Below, in pieces: positions 8,919-17,036 of a stretch of 45,280 nt of DNA. Below the pieces are notes generated by a model that did no database searches, was not told the DNA's origin, and saw only the letters and a list, made by a program, of their open reading frames with translations. A program made the translations under genes and the position numbers. Each line of letters starts with the position of its first letter. The stretch's first letter is position 1. This DNA comes from Nitrospirota bacterium. Lineage in GTDB: Bacteria; Nitrospirota; Thermodesulfovibrionia; Thermodesulfovibrionales; SM23-35. The stretch is from the NCBI GenBank assembly GCA_040757455.1, contig JBFLXE010000002.1, positions 1 through 45,280 of the forward strand, given 5' to 3'.

Positions 8919-9390
8919 AATTAAGTTCCACGAATATTCCTATCAGATCCCAATGATGGTGCCCCAAAAATCATCAGTCGTTGCGCAAAAGACTGAAAGC
9001 TAAAATAGAGAATACATTGTGTAAGAGAAGTTATACATTGTGAAGTGAAAACCATACAATTCTTGATTCTCCGTCAAAAATCAATTGATTATATTTTTTT
9101 ATGATTTATGTATAATAAAGTTATCTATGGTATATTGTTTAAATGTGACAGAACTCACAGTTTTTGCTGAAAAGTTTTCCAATATTAATTGCAGAGAGTT
9201 GAATAATGTAAAGTATTAGTCCGTGATTCTTAAGATTTGATTGGTATGATGTTTGCTTATGTTTATGTTGAAATACAATTTGAAGACTTAAAAATGCAAA
9301 CGCACAAGAAAGCAAAAGTGATAAGATGATTTTCCTTCTGCAGTGGCATGTCAAATGAAAATAATGATATTCGATAAAAGGAGGTTAGCA

Positions 9391-11256
9391 ATGAAGAGAT
9401 TAGGGTTGGGTCTTGGTCTCTGTGTGATTGCGCTTATTATGTTCAGCGTAATCCCGGCAGGGGCAGAAGTTTATATTAACGATTTCCCCGAGGAGATCAA
9501 GGTGAACGAAGGCAATCCCCTTGATATACCTATATTTTTTACGGGAGGAACCTGCGCAGGAAAGCCTGTGGAGCTTTTTGTCGTGAAACAGGATATTGAA
9601 ACCTCCCATAAAGAATATTACAGTGCAGCGGGGTGGATAGCCTTTGAGGATATCGCATCTGTAAGACCTGCGCTTTCCCTTTCTTCTATGATCGAATATG
9701 CCTATATTATCTGGCAGGCCATGGAAGACACGACAGGTGTTGAACCCTTTGACATTGTCATCTGTATGGATAGTGTCGTAGACGAAGTCTTAACAGAGGG
9801 AGCTTCATGCGGGCGACAGGCAATCAACATAGTAGAGGGTGAAGAGCCGCCTCCTCCGCCTGTCTGTTCGGGTCTCTATATAAGCCCTCCTTCGATATCG
9901 GAGACTGTCACGAGAGGGATGAACAAAACGGTCCAGTTAAGCGTGAAGGATTCCTGTGGCAAAGGCATAGACTTTAACGCAACCAGCAGCCAGAGTTGGA
10001 TTGCTCTTACCAAGCAGACAGGTATGCTGAACGTGGTCCTGAGTTCTTCTTCTCTTGCCGCGGGCAACTACAATGGAATGATTACGATCACATCCGGAGC
10101 TTCAACGTCGCAGGTAAACGTGAATCTGCAGGTGAATGCTATTGGTTTTCCTATCGGCGGCGGTTGCACCCCTTCTTCACTATCGCTCTGGCCTAATCCC
10201 CTTTCCATATCCGCTTCGGCAGGGGAAACCAAGTCATCCACGATCTCTGTTACGAATAACTGCGGAGCAAATGTAGCTTACGGCGCTGCAGTTACAAGTG
10301 GAAGTCCGTGGCTCAGTGTGCCCTCCAGCGGATCAGGGACTCTCACAATAACAGTGAACACGACAGGCATGTCAGCAGGATCTTATGCGGGTGCTGTGCA
10401 AATTACGGCAAGCGGATATACAGCAGTAACGTTGGGTGTCTCACTCACCATCACCGGTACGTGTGAACCGACATCAGCCGTTATTACCCCGTCTTCAATA
10501 TCGCAGACGGTTCTCCTTGGTCAAAATGCATCGAGTGTATCAGTGAGCATAAAGAACAACTGCGGGACACCGCTCAACTATACTGTGAATACCGTTAATT
10601 ACACAAGTGGCACAGGCTGGATAACCTCTCCCGCCGCAAACGCACAGGGAACAGGAACGCTCAACGTAACGTTCAATACCTCCAACCTGCCATTAGGCAC
10701 TTACAGCGCCAGCATAACGGTAACGCCATCGTTAGGAGGTGCGAAGACTATTCCCGTCTCGTTGACTGTAACGAATGCCGATGCCTCGATCACGGAAGTA
10801 GAAAACATGAGCATGACCTATTTTGACCTTGCGGGCAACAGTGTAAAGTATTTCAAGTATATGTCAAATGTTTCGAGCTCGCAAAATCTCCCTTTGCAGA
10901 TAGGACTTGCCAATCAATATACCCAGAACGGGGTGAATAGCGACATGATAATCAAGTACGCCGGCCAGTACTGTGAGGCCGGAATTCCTACTATGGCGGA
11001 TTACAACCTGGTAAAGCAGTATGTAGCAGCAAACGGAAATTCCTATTGGTCTTCCTCGACGCAGAGCTGGCAGCCGCCCCGTGCGAGAGAGGATTTGTAC
11101 TATACGATCGCCAGCGGCTCCTTTGAATTTGTTGAAATCTATGGCAATCCGGACAATCCGAAGGGTTGCTACTATATCATGATCGTGAATACTTTGGCGA
11201 CACCGGAGACTTATTTGAGGTTGACTATTGGCGATGCGGACAGCCGCGTTCTATAA
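9391..11256 (+). CDS. Secreted multidomain protein: N-domain, poly-Pro linker, three tandem Cys-bracketed Ig/BACON-like repeats, C-terminal beta-domain
   Basis: The likely true start is ATG 9391 (aggagg 9379-9384), not the track's 9343. Signal peptide MKRLGLGLGLCVIALIMFSVIPAGA. Linker EEPPPPPV. Three repeats of about 100 aa at nt 9865-10137, 10165-10461 and 10462-10776 each begin with C and contain an internal (D/N)(S/N)CG plus W(I/L)(A/S/T), as in BACON-type domains. Confidence 0.85.
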   Translation: MKRLGLGLGLCVIALIMFSVIPAGAEVYINDFPEEIKVNEGNPLDIPIFFTGGTCAGKPVELFVVKQDIETSHKEYYSAAGWIAFEDIASVRPALSLSSMIEYAYIIWQAMEDTTGVEPFDIVICMDSVVDEVLTEGASCGRQAINIVEGEEPPPPPVCSGLYISPPSISETVTRGMNKTVQLSVKDSCGKGIDFNATSSQSWIALTKQTGMLNVVLSSSSLAAGNYNGMITITSGASTSQVNVNLQVNAIGFPIGGGCTPSSLSLWPNPLSISASAGETKSSTISVTNNCGANVAYGAAVTSGSPWLSVPSSGSGTLTITVNTTGMSAGSYAGAVQITASGYTAVTLGVSLTITGTCEPTSAVITPSSISQTVLLGQNASSVSVSIKNNCGTPLNYTVNTVNYTSGTGWITSPAANAQGTGTLNVTFNTSNLPLGTYSASITVTPSLGGAKTIPVSLTVTNADASITEVENMSMTYFDLAGNSVKYFKYMSNVSSSQNLPLQIGLANQYTQNGVNSDMIIKYAGQYCEAGIPTMADYNLVKQYVAANGNSYWSSSTQSWQPPRAREDLYYTIASGSFEFVEIYGNPDNPKGCYYIMIVNTLATPETYLRLTIGDADSRVL

Positions 11257-11284
11257 AGTACATAATTGCTTTTCTATACTCTTC

Positions 11285-11322
11285 AGGCTACTCTCTTTAA
11301 AAAGAGAGTAGCCTGATTTTTT
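11285..11322 (+). terminator. Rho-independent terminator
   Basis: aggctactctct (11285-11296), loop ttaaaa, agagagtagcct (11303-11314), then ga + T6. Confidence 0.85.
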
Positions 11323-11471
11323 CTATTTGTCTCAAGTCCTGTCGTGATTTGACGACTAAGAAATTCATTATTAGGCGGGAGGCTCTTCTCCCGGTCACAG
11401 TTTACCAAGCGTTTGAGGACCAGGCTCATATTTGAAAGGTGTGGCTTTCATTACATAACGAGGAGGTAACG

Positions 11472-12338
11472 ATGAAATCTCTTGTTCTATTCACATTAAT
11501 GCTTACTATGGTATTGCCTATATTGGCAAGTGCCGAAGATCCGGTAGTGGCGAAGATCGGCGACGAGAAGATTACGATGTCTGATCTCAACAGGATCATT
11601 GGGTATTACGACCCGAACCAGCAAAAGCTTTTTGAGCAGAACCCGCAGGCGAAGTCAACGTTGCTCAGGAGAATTGTACAGGGTATGGTGATTTCAAAGA
11701 TAGCCAAGGAAAGAGGTTTTGATAGAGATGCCCGCATCAAGGAACAGCTTCAATTGCTTTCAAATGATTTCCTTGCCGCAGAATATATGAAAAAAGAAGT
11801 AATTGCGAAAATCGATGTCGCAGAAGAAGATATGAAACTCTACTTTAAGACACATCCGGAAGAGTTTACGACACCGGAAATGGTAAAGGCGAGACACATC
11901 CTCATCAAAGTGGACAAGAACGCTTTAGATGAAGATAAGAAAAAAGCCAAGGAAAAAGCAGAAGATATCCTCAAGAAGATCAGGGCCGGGGAAGATTTTT
12001 CAAAAATTGCGGCCGAGGTATCGGATGACTCAAGCTCTAAAACAAAGGGCGGTGATCTGGGTTTATTCCAGAGAGGAAAAATGGTTCCTGACTTCGAAAA
12101 GGTTGCATTCTCTCTTAAACCTGGTGAAATCAGCGATGTCTTCGAGACTCCTTTTGGGTTCCACATAGTTAAGGTGGAGGAAAAAAAGGATCCCGTTATT
12201 GAGCCCTATGAGAAGGTGAAAGATAAGGTGAGAGAAAAAATATTTGCTGAATTCAGAAAAGTGCGGGTCGAAGAATTCATTGAAAAGGCGATGAAGGATG
12301 AGGGTGTGGAGTTGAATCTTGAACCTCTGATGGAATAG
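11472..12338 (+). CDS. Parvulin-type peptidyl-prolyl cis-trans isomerase (SurA/PrsA-like), exported
   Basis: SD gaggagg precedes ATG 11472. Signal peptide MKSLVLFTLMLTMVLPILASA. Rotamase core ARHILIK...GGDLGLFQRGKMVPDFEKVAF..GFHIVKV. Confidence 0.85.
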   Translation: MKSLVLFTLMLTMVLPILASAEDPVVAKIGDEKITMSDLNRIIGYYDPNQQKLFEQNPQAKSTLLRRIVQGMVISKIAKERGFDRDARIKEQLQLLSNDFLAAEYMKKEVIAKIDVAEEDMKLYFKTHPEEFTTPEMVKARHILIKVDKNALDEDKKKAKEKAEDILKKIRAGEDFSKIAAEVSDDSSSKTKGGDLGLFQRGKMVPDFEKVAFSLKPGEISDVFETPFGFHIVKVEEKKDPVIEPYEKVKDKVREKIFAEFRKVRVEEFIEKAMKDEGVELNLEPLME

Positions 12339-12408
12339 AATTAAGACCATAATATGCCGTTATGAGCTATTCAAAAGGGAGGTGGGGCCTATAAGCATAA
12401 TATTTAGG

Positions 12409-13864
12409 TGATTGCACTAATAACATAGTAAACCGATTTTTAATGCTAAAAAATCTAATAACATCGTATACCATTAAGTCTTCTTTTTTGCAATTGGAAG
12501 TAGAGAAAAAATAATATGACCCTTAATTGGAAAAGAAAAAGATTTGATGATTTTATTCTCTTGTTTAACAACCAATCTCCTTTTATGAGTGATGATAGTT
12601 GCAATAACATATTGACCCTCAAGTTTTCTCCTGACGAAGTAAGTAGAGCCATTGACTTCGATTCTACCATAGGGGTTAATTTTTCTGATGAAGGAGACTT
12701 TTCCTTTAGCAATATGGATATTAAGATGTCCATTGGGATCGATATACCTCTCAAGGGAGAAGCTCCTTGGAAGATGTCCAATGGACTTCCAGAGGCGTTC
12801 TCTAAGCATCCCGGGGAATCTTGTGCCATTTTCTTTTTGGGTAAGCCCTCTATGTGGTTTCTCATAATGGTAATACCGCAGAAAACGTTCACTGGTTCTT
12901 CTAAGGACAGTAAGGGTAGGACAATTATGTCTTCTAAGCACTCTTTCCTGCCAGAGCCCATTAAAACTCTCAACAGATGCATTTCTACCTGGTTCTCCCT
13001 GTGGTATAAATACCAGATGGATGCCCAAAAGCAAATGGAGTCGGATAACTTGAGAAAGGCTGAAAGGGTAGCGTCCACCACCTGTAGCAGCCATCTCATT
13101 ATCCACTTTAGAGATACGGGAACCCCCCATATATCGCCATGCTTCAACCAGATGTCTGCACAGAGAGATAGTCTGTTTATCAGGGAACTGACTTGTGAAG
13201 GCTGTATGGCCTGCAACATCCACAGTATGAAAAGAATAAAATCTGGTGAGCCCTTTTGGGCCTCTGAGGTGTCTGGGTCCCACAAGGTCTGTCTGATGAA
13301 GGTCTCCCATCTTTTCTGCTTTGACATAGGGATAAGGCTGATTATTGCTATGATTCCTGGTCTTAACTTTACGAGTCTTTCCATAACGGAAGAGAATGTT
13401 AGCAATGGTAGAGATGGCAGGAATTTTACAGATGTTTCTTTGCCTAAGCTCCCATTGAATAACTTCTGCTCCAATTCCAGAGAATGTAGATCGTCGGTTC
13501 TTATGATCTTCCAATTCTGCTCTGAGAGAAAGAATCTTTTTAACCATATGCTCAGGAGTCCTTCTCCAGATTCTCTTTGGGGCACGGCTCTTATCTTTGA
13601 GACCTTTAAACCCATCTTCTTTAAACCGGTTGAGCCATTTGGAGAGCCATCGTTTACTCCTTTGGACCAATTGGAGTATTTTGTTAAAACCGTATCCTTC
13701 TTTATGAAGCTGTATTGCTTTGCAACGTTTTTCGTATTCATTTTCATCTTGATTCTTCATCGCCTTTATCTCCTTCCAAAGTTTGGAAGAAGTTTAGGCG
13801 ATGCTAAAAATGGTTTACGATGTTATCAGATTTTTAAGGTTTACCATGTTATTAGATAAACCCA
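12409..13864 (-). mobile_element. Intact IS481-like (rve/DDE) insertion sequence, 1456 bp, TG..CA termini, 5-bp TSD TTAGG
   Basis: Left end TGATTGCACTAATAACATAGTAAACC. Reverse complement of the right end TGGGTTTATCTAATAACATGGTAAACC. A second subterminal repeat, aatctRataacatcgtaWaccatt, is present at both ends. ttagg at 12404-12408 and at 13865-13869 flanks the element directly. Confidence 0.8.
12474..13760 (-). CDS. DDE transposase (N-terminal HTH plus integrase-core/rve domain), IS481-like
   Basis: HTH region CKAIQLHKEGYGFNKILQLV..WLNRFKEDGFKGLKDKSRAPKR. Catalytic residues are plausible in HQTDLVG, KVDNEMAA and NASVESFNGLWQE. Confidence 0.85.
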   Translation of the reverse strand: MKNQDENEYEKRCKAIQLHKEGYGFNKILQLVQRSKRWLSKWLNRFKEDGFKGLKDKSRAPKRIWRRTPEHMVKKILSLRAELEDHKNRRSTFSGIGAEVIQWELRQRNICKIPAISTIANILFRYGKTRKVKTRNHSNNQPYPYVKAEKMGDLHQTDLVGPRHLRGPKGLTRFYSFHTVDVAGHTAFTSQFPDKQTISLCRHLVEAWRYMGGSRISKVDNEMAATGGGRYPFSLSQVIRLHLLLGIHLVFIPQGEPGRNASVESFNGLWQERVLRRHNCPTLTVLRRTSERFLRYYHYEKPHRGLTQKENGTRFPGMLRERLWKSIGHLPRSFSLERYIDPNGHLNIHIAKGKVSFIRKINPYGRIEVNGSTYFVRRKLEGQYVIATIITHKRRLVVKQENKIIKSFSFPIKGHIIFSLLPIAKKKT

Positions 13865-13928
13865 TTAGGCATTTTAGTTCCCAGTCGGTCAAATCATAAC
13901 AAAATGATTTCTGAAAAGGAGAGAGAAA

Positions 13929-14261
13929 ATGAAAAAGGCCATTATTATTATGCTGGCAGTTGTCGCACTCATATCGATGACTGTTTCATCCGGTCATGCA
14001 TACATATACGGAGCTGACTATCCAAACGGTGACAGTTCAGTTATCTTTAGCAGTTTAAGCTGGGATGGGTTCAATCATTTTGTAGTTACTTTTAACAGTG
14101 AAGATCTTACAGCAGTTGCAACAGTCTTGACTCCTTCCGGCACACCCACAGATAGTTATGGCTATTATTATTTCTGGGCTGACTTCTTTCCGGCTTACAT
14201 GGATCTCTATGGCTCGAATGACGGGGTAAACTGGTATTTTTATCAGAGATGGTATTATTAG
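13929..14261 (+). CDS. Small secreted aromatic-rich protein of unknown function
   Basis: SD aaaggagagag. Signal peptide MKKAIIIMLAVVALISMTVSSGHA. The 86-aa mature part has 13 Y, 8 F and 4 W by my count and ends in WYFYQRWYY. Confidence 0.7.
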   Translation: MKKAIIIMLAVVALISMTVSSGHAYIYGADYPNGDSSVIFSSLSWDGFNHFVVTFNSEDLTAVATVLTPSGTPTDSYGYYYFWADFFPAYMDLYGSNDGVNWYFYQRWYY

Positions 14262-14274
14262 AGAGTTACTTCAT

Positions 14275-14304
14275 GAGGGAGATGTAGGCAACTAAATCTC
14301 CCTC
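14275..14304. terminator. Hairpin between convergent genes (possible bidirectional terminator)
   Basis: gagggagat (14275-14283) pairs with atctccctc (14296-14304) around a 12-nt loop. There is only a weak T-run, and the right arm overlaps the stop of the minus-strand gene. Confidence 0.4.
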
Positions 14305-15014
14305 TATTTCCTGGCCGCCCCCCGGAAAACTTCCAAGAAGGCATTTTTGGCTTTTTCCACGCTCTCCTGGGACATGGGTTGTTTATCGGTTCTTGCCTGC
14401 GGAGGTTGAAAGGTTGCCGGGACCTGCCTGGATTCCGGTTGACGGCGGGCAGGCGCCCCGGCTTGAGGTTGCGCCGCTGTCTCTGATCCTGTCATCTCTC
14501 TCGCTTTTCTTCTGCTGGGATCATCCAGAAGAACGATCATCTGTTCCTCCCCCCGCACCATGACAACCTTTTCTGCTTCGACTTGTCTGAGAGTGAAGCC
14601 ACTCAGAGTCTCACCTGTTCTCAAGGACACCTGTCTTTTCCCTCTGCCGGGCGTGCTGAGAGGAGATTTCAAATCTTCGAGATATGCCAGGCTGACGTCA
14701 TCTGTTATCAACGTACCATAAAGCACAAATTCGGGTTTCGGCAAAGGCTGTTCCTCAACCTTCTCGACAGGGATCTGTCTCGTCGGATGAAAAAGATTCT
14801 CTTCTGCGATATTCACATATTCCTGGAGAGACGGAATGTCCACCTGCTCTGGTATGTCTTGCCTGTCCGCATTATTCTGCTTCGCAGCCGGCGACGCATA
14901 CTTGACTTTGATATCCAGAACCGGGGTAAGAAAGTAAAGAGATAAAATCACTACCGCCGTCAGTAATAAAATATTAAGCGGGTTTATGTTTCTTATGACA
15001 ACTCTCAAATTCAT
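14304..15014 (-). CDS. Bitopic inner-membrane protein, GspC/PilP-like
   Basis: One N-terminal TM helix (LNILLLTAVVILSLYFL). Central segment FVLYGTLITDDVSLAYLED...VSLRTGETLSGFTLRQVEAEKVVMVRGEEQMIVL resembles the HR beta-domain of GspC/PilP. The tail is rich in Pro/Gln/Arg. Confidence 0.45.
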   Translation of the reverse strand: MNLRVVIRNINPLNILLLTAVVILSLYFLTPVLDIKVKYASPAAKQNNADRQDIPEQVDIPSLQEYVNIAEENLFHPTRQIPVEKVEEQPLPKPEFVLYGTLITDDVSLAYLEDLKSPLSTPGRGKRQVSLRTGETLSGFTLRQVEAEKVVMVRGEEQMIVLLDDPSRRKAREMTGSETAAQPQAGAPARRQPESRQVPATFQPPQARTDKQPMSQESVEKAKNAFLEVFRGAARK

Positions 15015-15023
15015 TAATAATTA

Positions 15024-15032
15024 ATTATACCA
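15024..15032 (-). promoter_or_regulatory. Extended -10 element TGGTATAAT, 9 nt upstream of the GspC-like ATG (possible leaderless mRNA)
   Basis: The minus strand reads tttgTGgTATAATtaattattaATG. No SD can fit between the -10 element and the ATG. Confidence 0.35.
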
Positions 15033-15136
15033 CAAAGATTTTATCATGTTTTGCCGGAGTGCATTATGCCCGGTGACTGTGATAATATAAGGATGTCTAT
15101 TTTGTCTATTTTAAACTGATTGGCGGCTTTTAGGCT

Positions 15137-16456
15137 ATGATAAAGCTATTATTGGCAGACGATGACAAAAACCTCCGGAAGGTTCTCATGAATGAGCTGA
15201 CCGATGCAGGTTACGATGTGTCCGAAGCGGACACCGGCATGAAGGCGATGGAAATGATCGAGAAAAACGAATATGACATTGTGCTGCTGGATCTCAAGAT
15301 GCCGGGAATAAACGGAATGGATATCTTGAAGAAGATAAAAGAGGTCGAGATACCGGTCGAGGTGATAATTCTCACTGCACACGGCACGGTCTCAAGTGCT
15401 GTTGACGCAATGAAAATGGGAGCCTACGATTATCTTACCAAGCCCTTTCAGATAGAAGAGCTGATGACGATCATCGATAAAGCATATGAGAAGAAAAAGC
15501 TCATTAATGAAAATCTGATACTTAAATCCCAGATAAAAAGGCAGTCCGAGACAAAAAAGATTATCACAAGAAGCCCTGCGATGCTCGCAATACTGGAAAC
15601 AGCTAAAAAGTTTGCAGAGTCAGATTTCCCGGTTCTCATCTGCGGAGAGAGTGGTGTAGGGAAGGAATTAATTGCAAGAAACATTCACGACCTTTCGAAG
15701 AGATCTGAAGGACCTTTTGTTCCAATAAACTGTAGTGCTATTCCGGAAACAATGCTCGAAAGCGAGCTGTTCGGACATGAAAAAGGAGCGTTTACAGGTG
15801 CTTATACAAAGAAACTTGGCCTGCTGGAGATCGCAAACCAGGGCACTCTTTTCCTGGACGAGATTGGTGAATTAAGTGCACAGCTTCAGGGGAAATTGCT
15901 GAGAGTAATCGAGACAGGAATTTTTTTCAGAGTGGGTGGGACAAAAGAGATAAAAGTCGATGTGAGATTTGTCTCTGCAACCAATAAGGATATAAAAAAG
16001 GAAGTTGAGAGTGAGGAATTCAGGCCAGACCTTTACTACCGTGTTAGCACATTGACCCTCTTAATTCCACCATTAAGAGAGAGGAAGATGGACATACCTT
16101 TGCTCGTTGATCATATCATAGGAAACAACTCTGCTTTCAAAAACAAGAAATTTAGTAAAAAAGCTCTCGAGGTTCTTATAAATTATCCCTGGCCAGGTAA
16201 TGTGCGGGAGCTCCAGAACGTTGTTTATAGAACACTCTTCCTCTCGAAAAACAACGTTGTAGAACCTCATGACCTGCCCTCCGATCTGTTCGCTGAATAC
16301 AGGGTTTCGGGAAAACGCTTAGAGGACGTGGAAAAAGAACACATACTGAAGATATATAGGGAAGTCAAAGGGCAGAAAAGAAAAGCGGCTGAAATACTTG
16401 GCGTGGATCCAAAGACACTCTACAGAAAATTATTCAGTTACGGAATTAAGGAATAG
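15137..16456 (+). CDS. Sigma54-dependent (NtrC-family) response regulator / enhancer-binding protein
   Basis: REC domain (LLADDD...IVLLDLKMPG..), AAA+ sigma54-interaction domain (GESGVGKE, ESELFGHEKGAFTGA, FLDEIGEL), and a C-terminal Fis-type HTH (AAEILGVDPKTLYRKL). Confidence 0.9.
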   Translation: MIKLLLADDDKNLRKVLMNELTDAGYDVSEADTGMKAMEMIEKNEYDIVLLDLKMPGINGMDILKKIKEVEIPVEVIILTAHGTVSSAVDAMKMGAYDYLTKPFQIEELMTIIDKAYEKKKLINENLILKSQIKRQSETKKIITRSPAMLAILETAKKFAESDFPVLICGESGVGKELIARNIHDLSKRSEGPFVPINCSAIPETMLESELFGHEKGAFTGAYTKKLGLLEIANQGTLFLDEIGELSAQLQGKLLRVIETGIFFRVGGTKEIKVDVRFVSATNKDIKKEVESEEFRPDLYYRVSTLTLLIPPLRERKMDIPLLVDHIIGNNSAFKNKKFSKKALEVLINYPWPGNVRELQNVVYRTLFLSKNNVVEPHDLPSDLFAEYRVSGKRLEDVEKEHILKIYREVKGQKRKAAEILGVDPKTLYRKLFSYGIKE

Positions 16457-16484
16457 TCTGTCAGATTAATTACTGCCCGCGAAC

Positions 16485-17036
16485 TCATCTGCTACTCGTC
16501 AGAGCCGACACGTCAAGTTTTACCACGACTTCTCTCGGATCCCTGAAATTTCTTACCCTGACATCAAGGTCCTTTACGGTCAGGAAAGGAGTTCGTGTCT
16601 CGATGGAGTAAAGTATGTCTCTCAATGCCCGTGTATCAGGCAAAACTGTATCGATGCTCACGCTTATCACCTTGAATTTTCCCAGATCTTCCGGCTTCAC
16701 CACCCTCTCGCTTGAGATTGTTCCTCCGCTGCGTGTTACGATCTCTTTCACCATTTCCTGGAGTGAAGCGGCTGCAAGCGAAAAAGTCTGGCCTTCGATG
16801 AGTTTTGAATCTTCTGCCTTTCTCAATTCCTCTAAGGAAGATAGCCGTTTCTCAAGTTCAGGTTTCTCGGATATAAGATTGACATATTTTTCCAGCGTTT
16901 TCCCCTTAATTTCCTGGCTTTCCTTGATCGCTGCTACCTGTGACTCTATCTTTTGATAAACATACTCATAAAAAATTAATCCTGAAAGAATAACAATCAA
17001 AGGTATGGTCACAATAAATGTCTTACTCTTCTTCAT
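16485..17036 (-). CDS. GspM/PilO-like inner-membrane assembly protein
   Basis: 183 aa with one N-terminal TM helix, a coiled-coil stretch, then a ferredoxin-like C-domain (FKVISVSIDTVLPDTRALRDILYSIETRTPFLTVKDLDV). Its start overlaps the upstream gene by 14 nt. Confidence 0.6.
   Translation of the reverse strand: MKKSKTFIVTIPLIVILSGLIFYEYVYQKIESQVAAIKESQEIKGKTLEKYVNLISEKPELEKRLSSLEELRKAEDSKLIEGQTFSLAAASLQEMVKEIVTRSGGTISSERVVKPEDLGKFKVISVSIDTVLPDTRALRDILYSIETRTPFLTVKDLDVRVRNFRDPREVVVKLDVSALTSSR

Noticed and set aside
9139-9354. 71-aa minus-strand ORF with a lipoprotein-like N-terminus (RRKIILSLLLSC)
   Set aside because: It lies in very AT-rich leader DNA, has no SD, its remainder is low-complexity, and it overlaps the regulatory signals of the downstream gene. 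It is probably spurious.
7485-12338. A PEP-CTERM/exosortase system. The context was suggestive: an EpsD-like PPIase, a sigma54 regulator, an EpsB-type sugar transferase and secreted proteins.
   Set aside because: None of the secreted proteins ends in a PEP-CTERM sorting signal; their C-termini are ..RYTTQIGP, ..DADSRVL and ..YQRWYY. No exosortase-like membrane protein is in the window.
12516-13859. 447-aa plus-strand ORF and 430-aa shifted minus-strand ORF (12455..13747) overlapping the transposase gene
   Set aside because: I do not call these genes. Their translations are low-complexity (Ser/Leu/Phe-rich) with no recognisable motifs or SD, and the transposase frame explains the locus. The stop-free state itself is reported as a finding.
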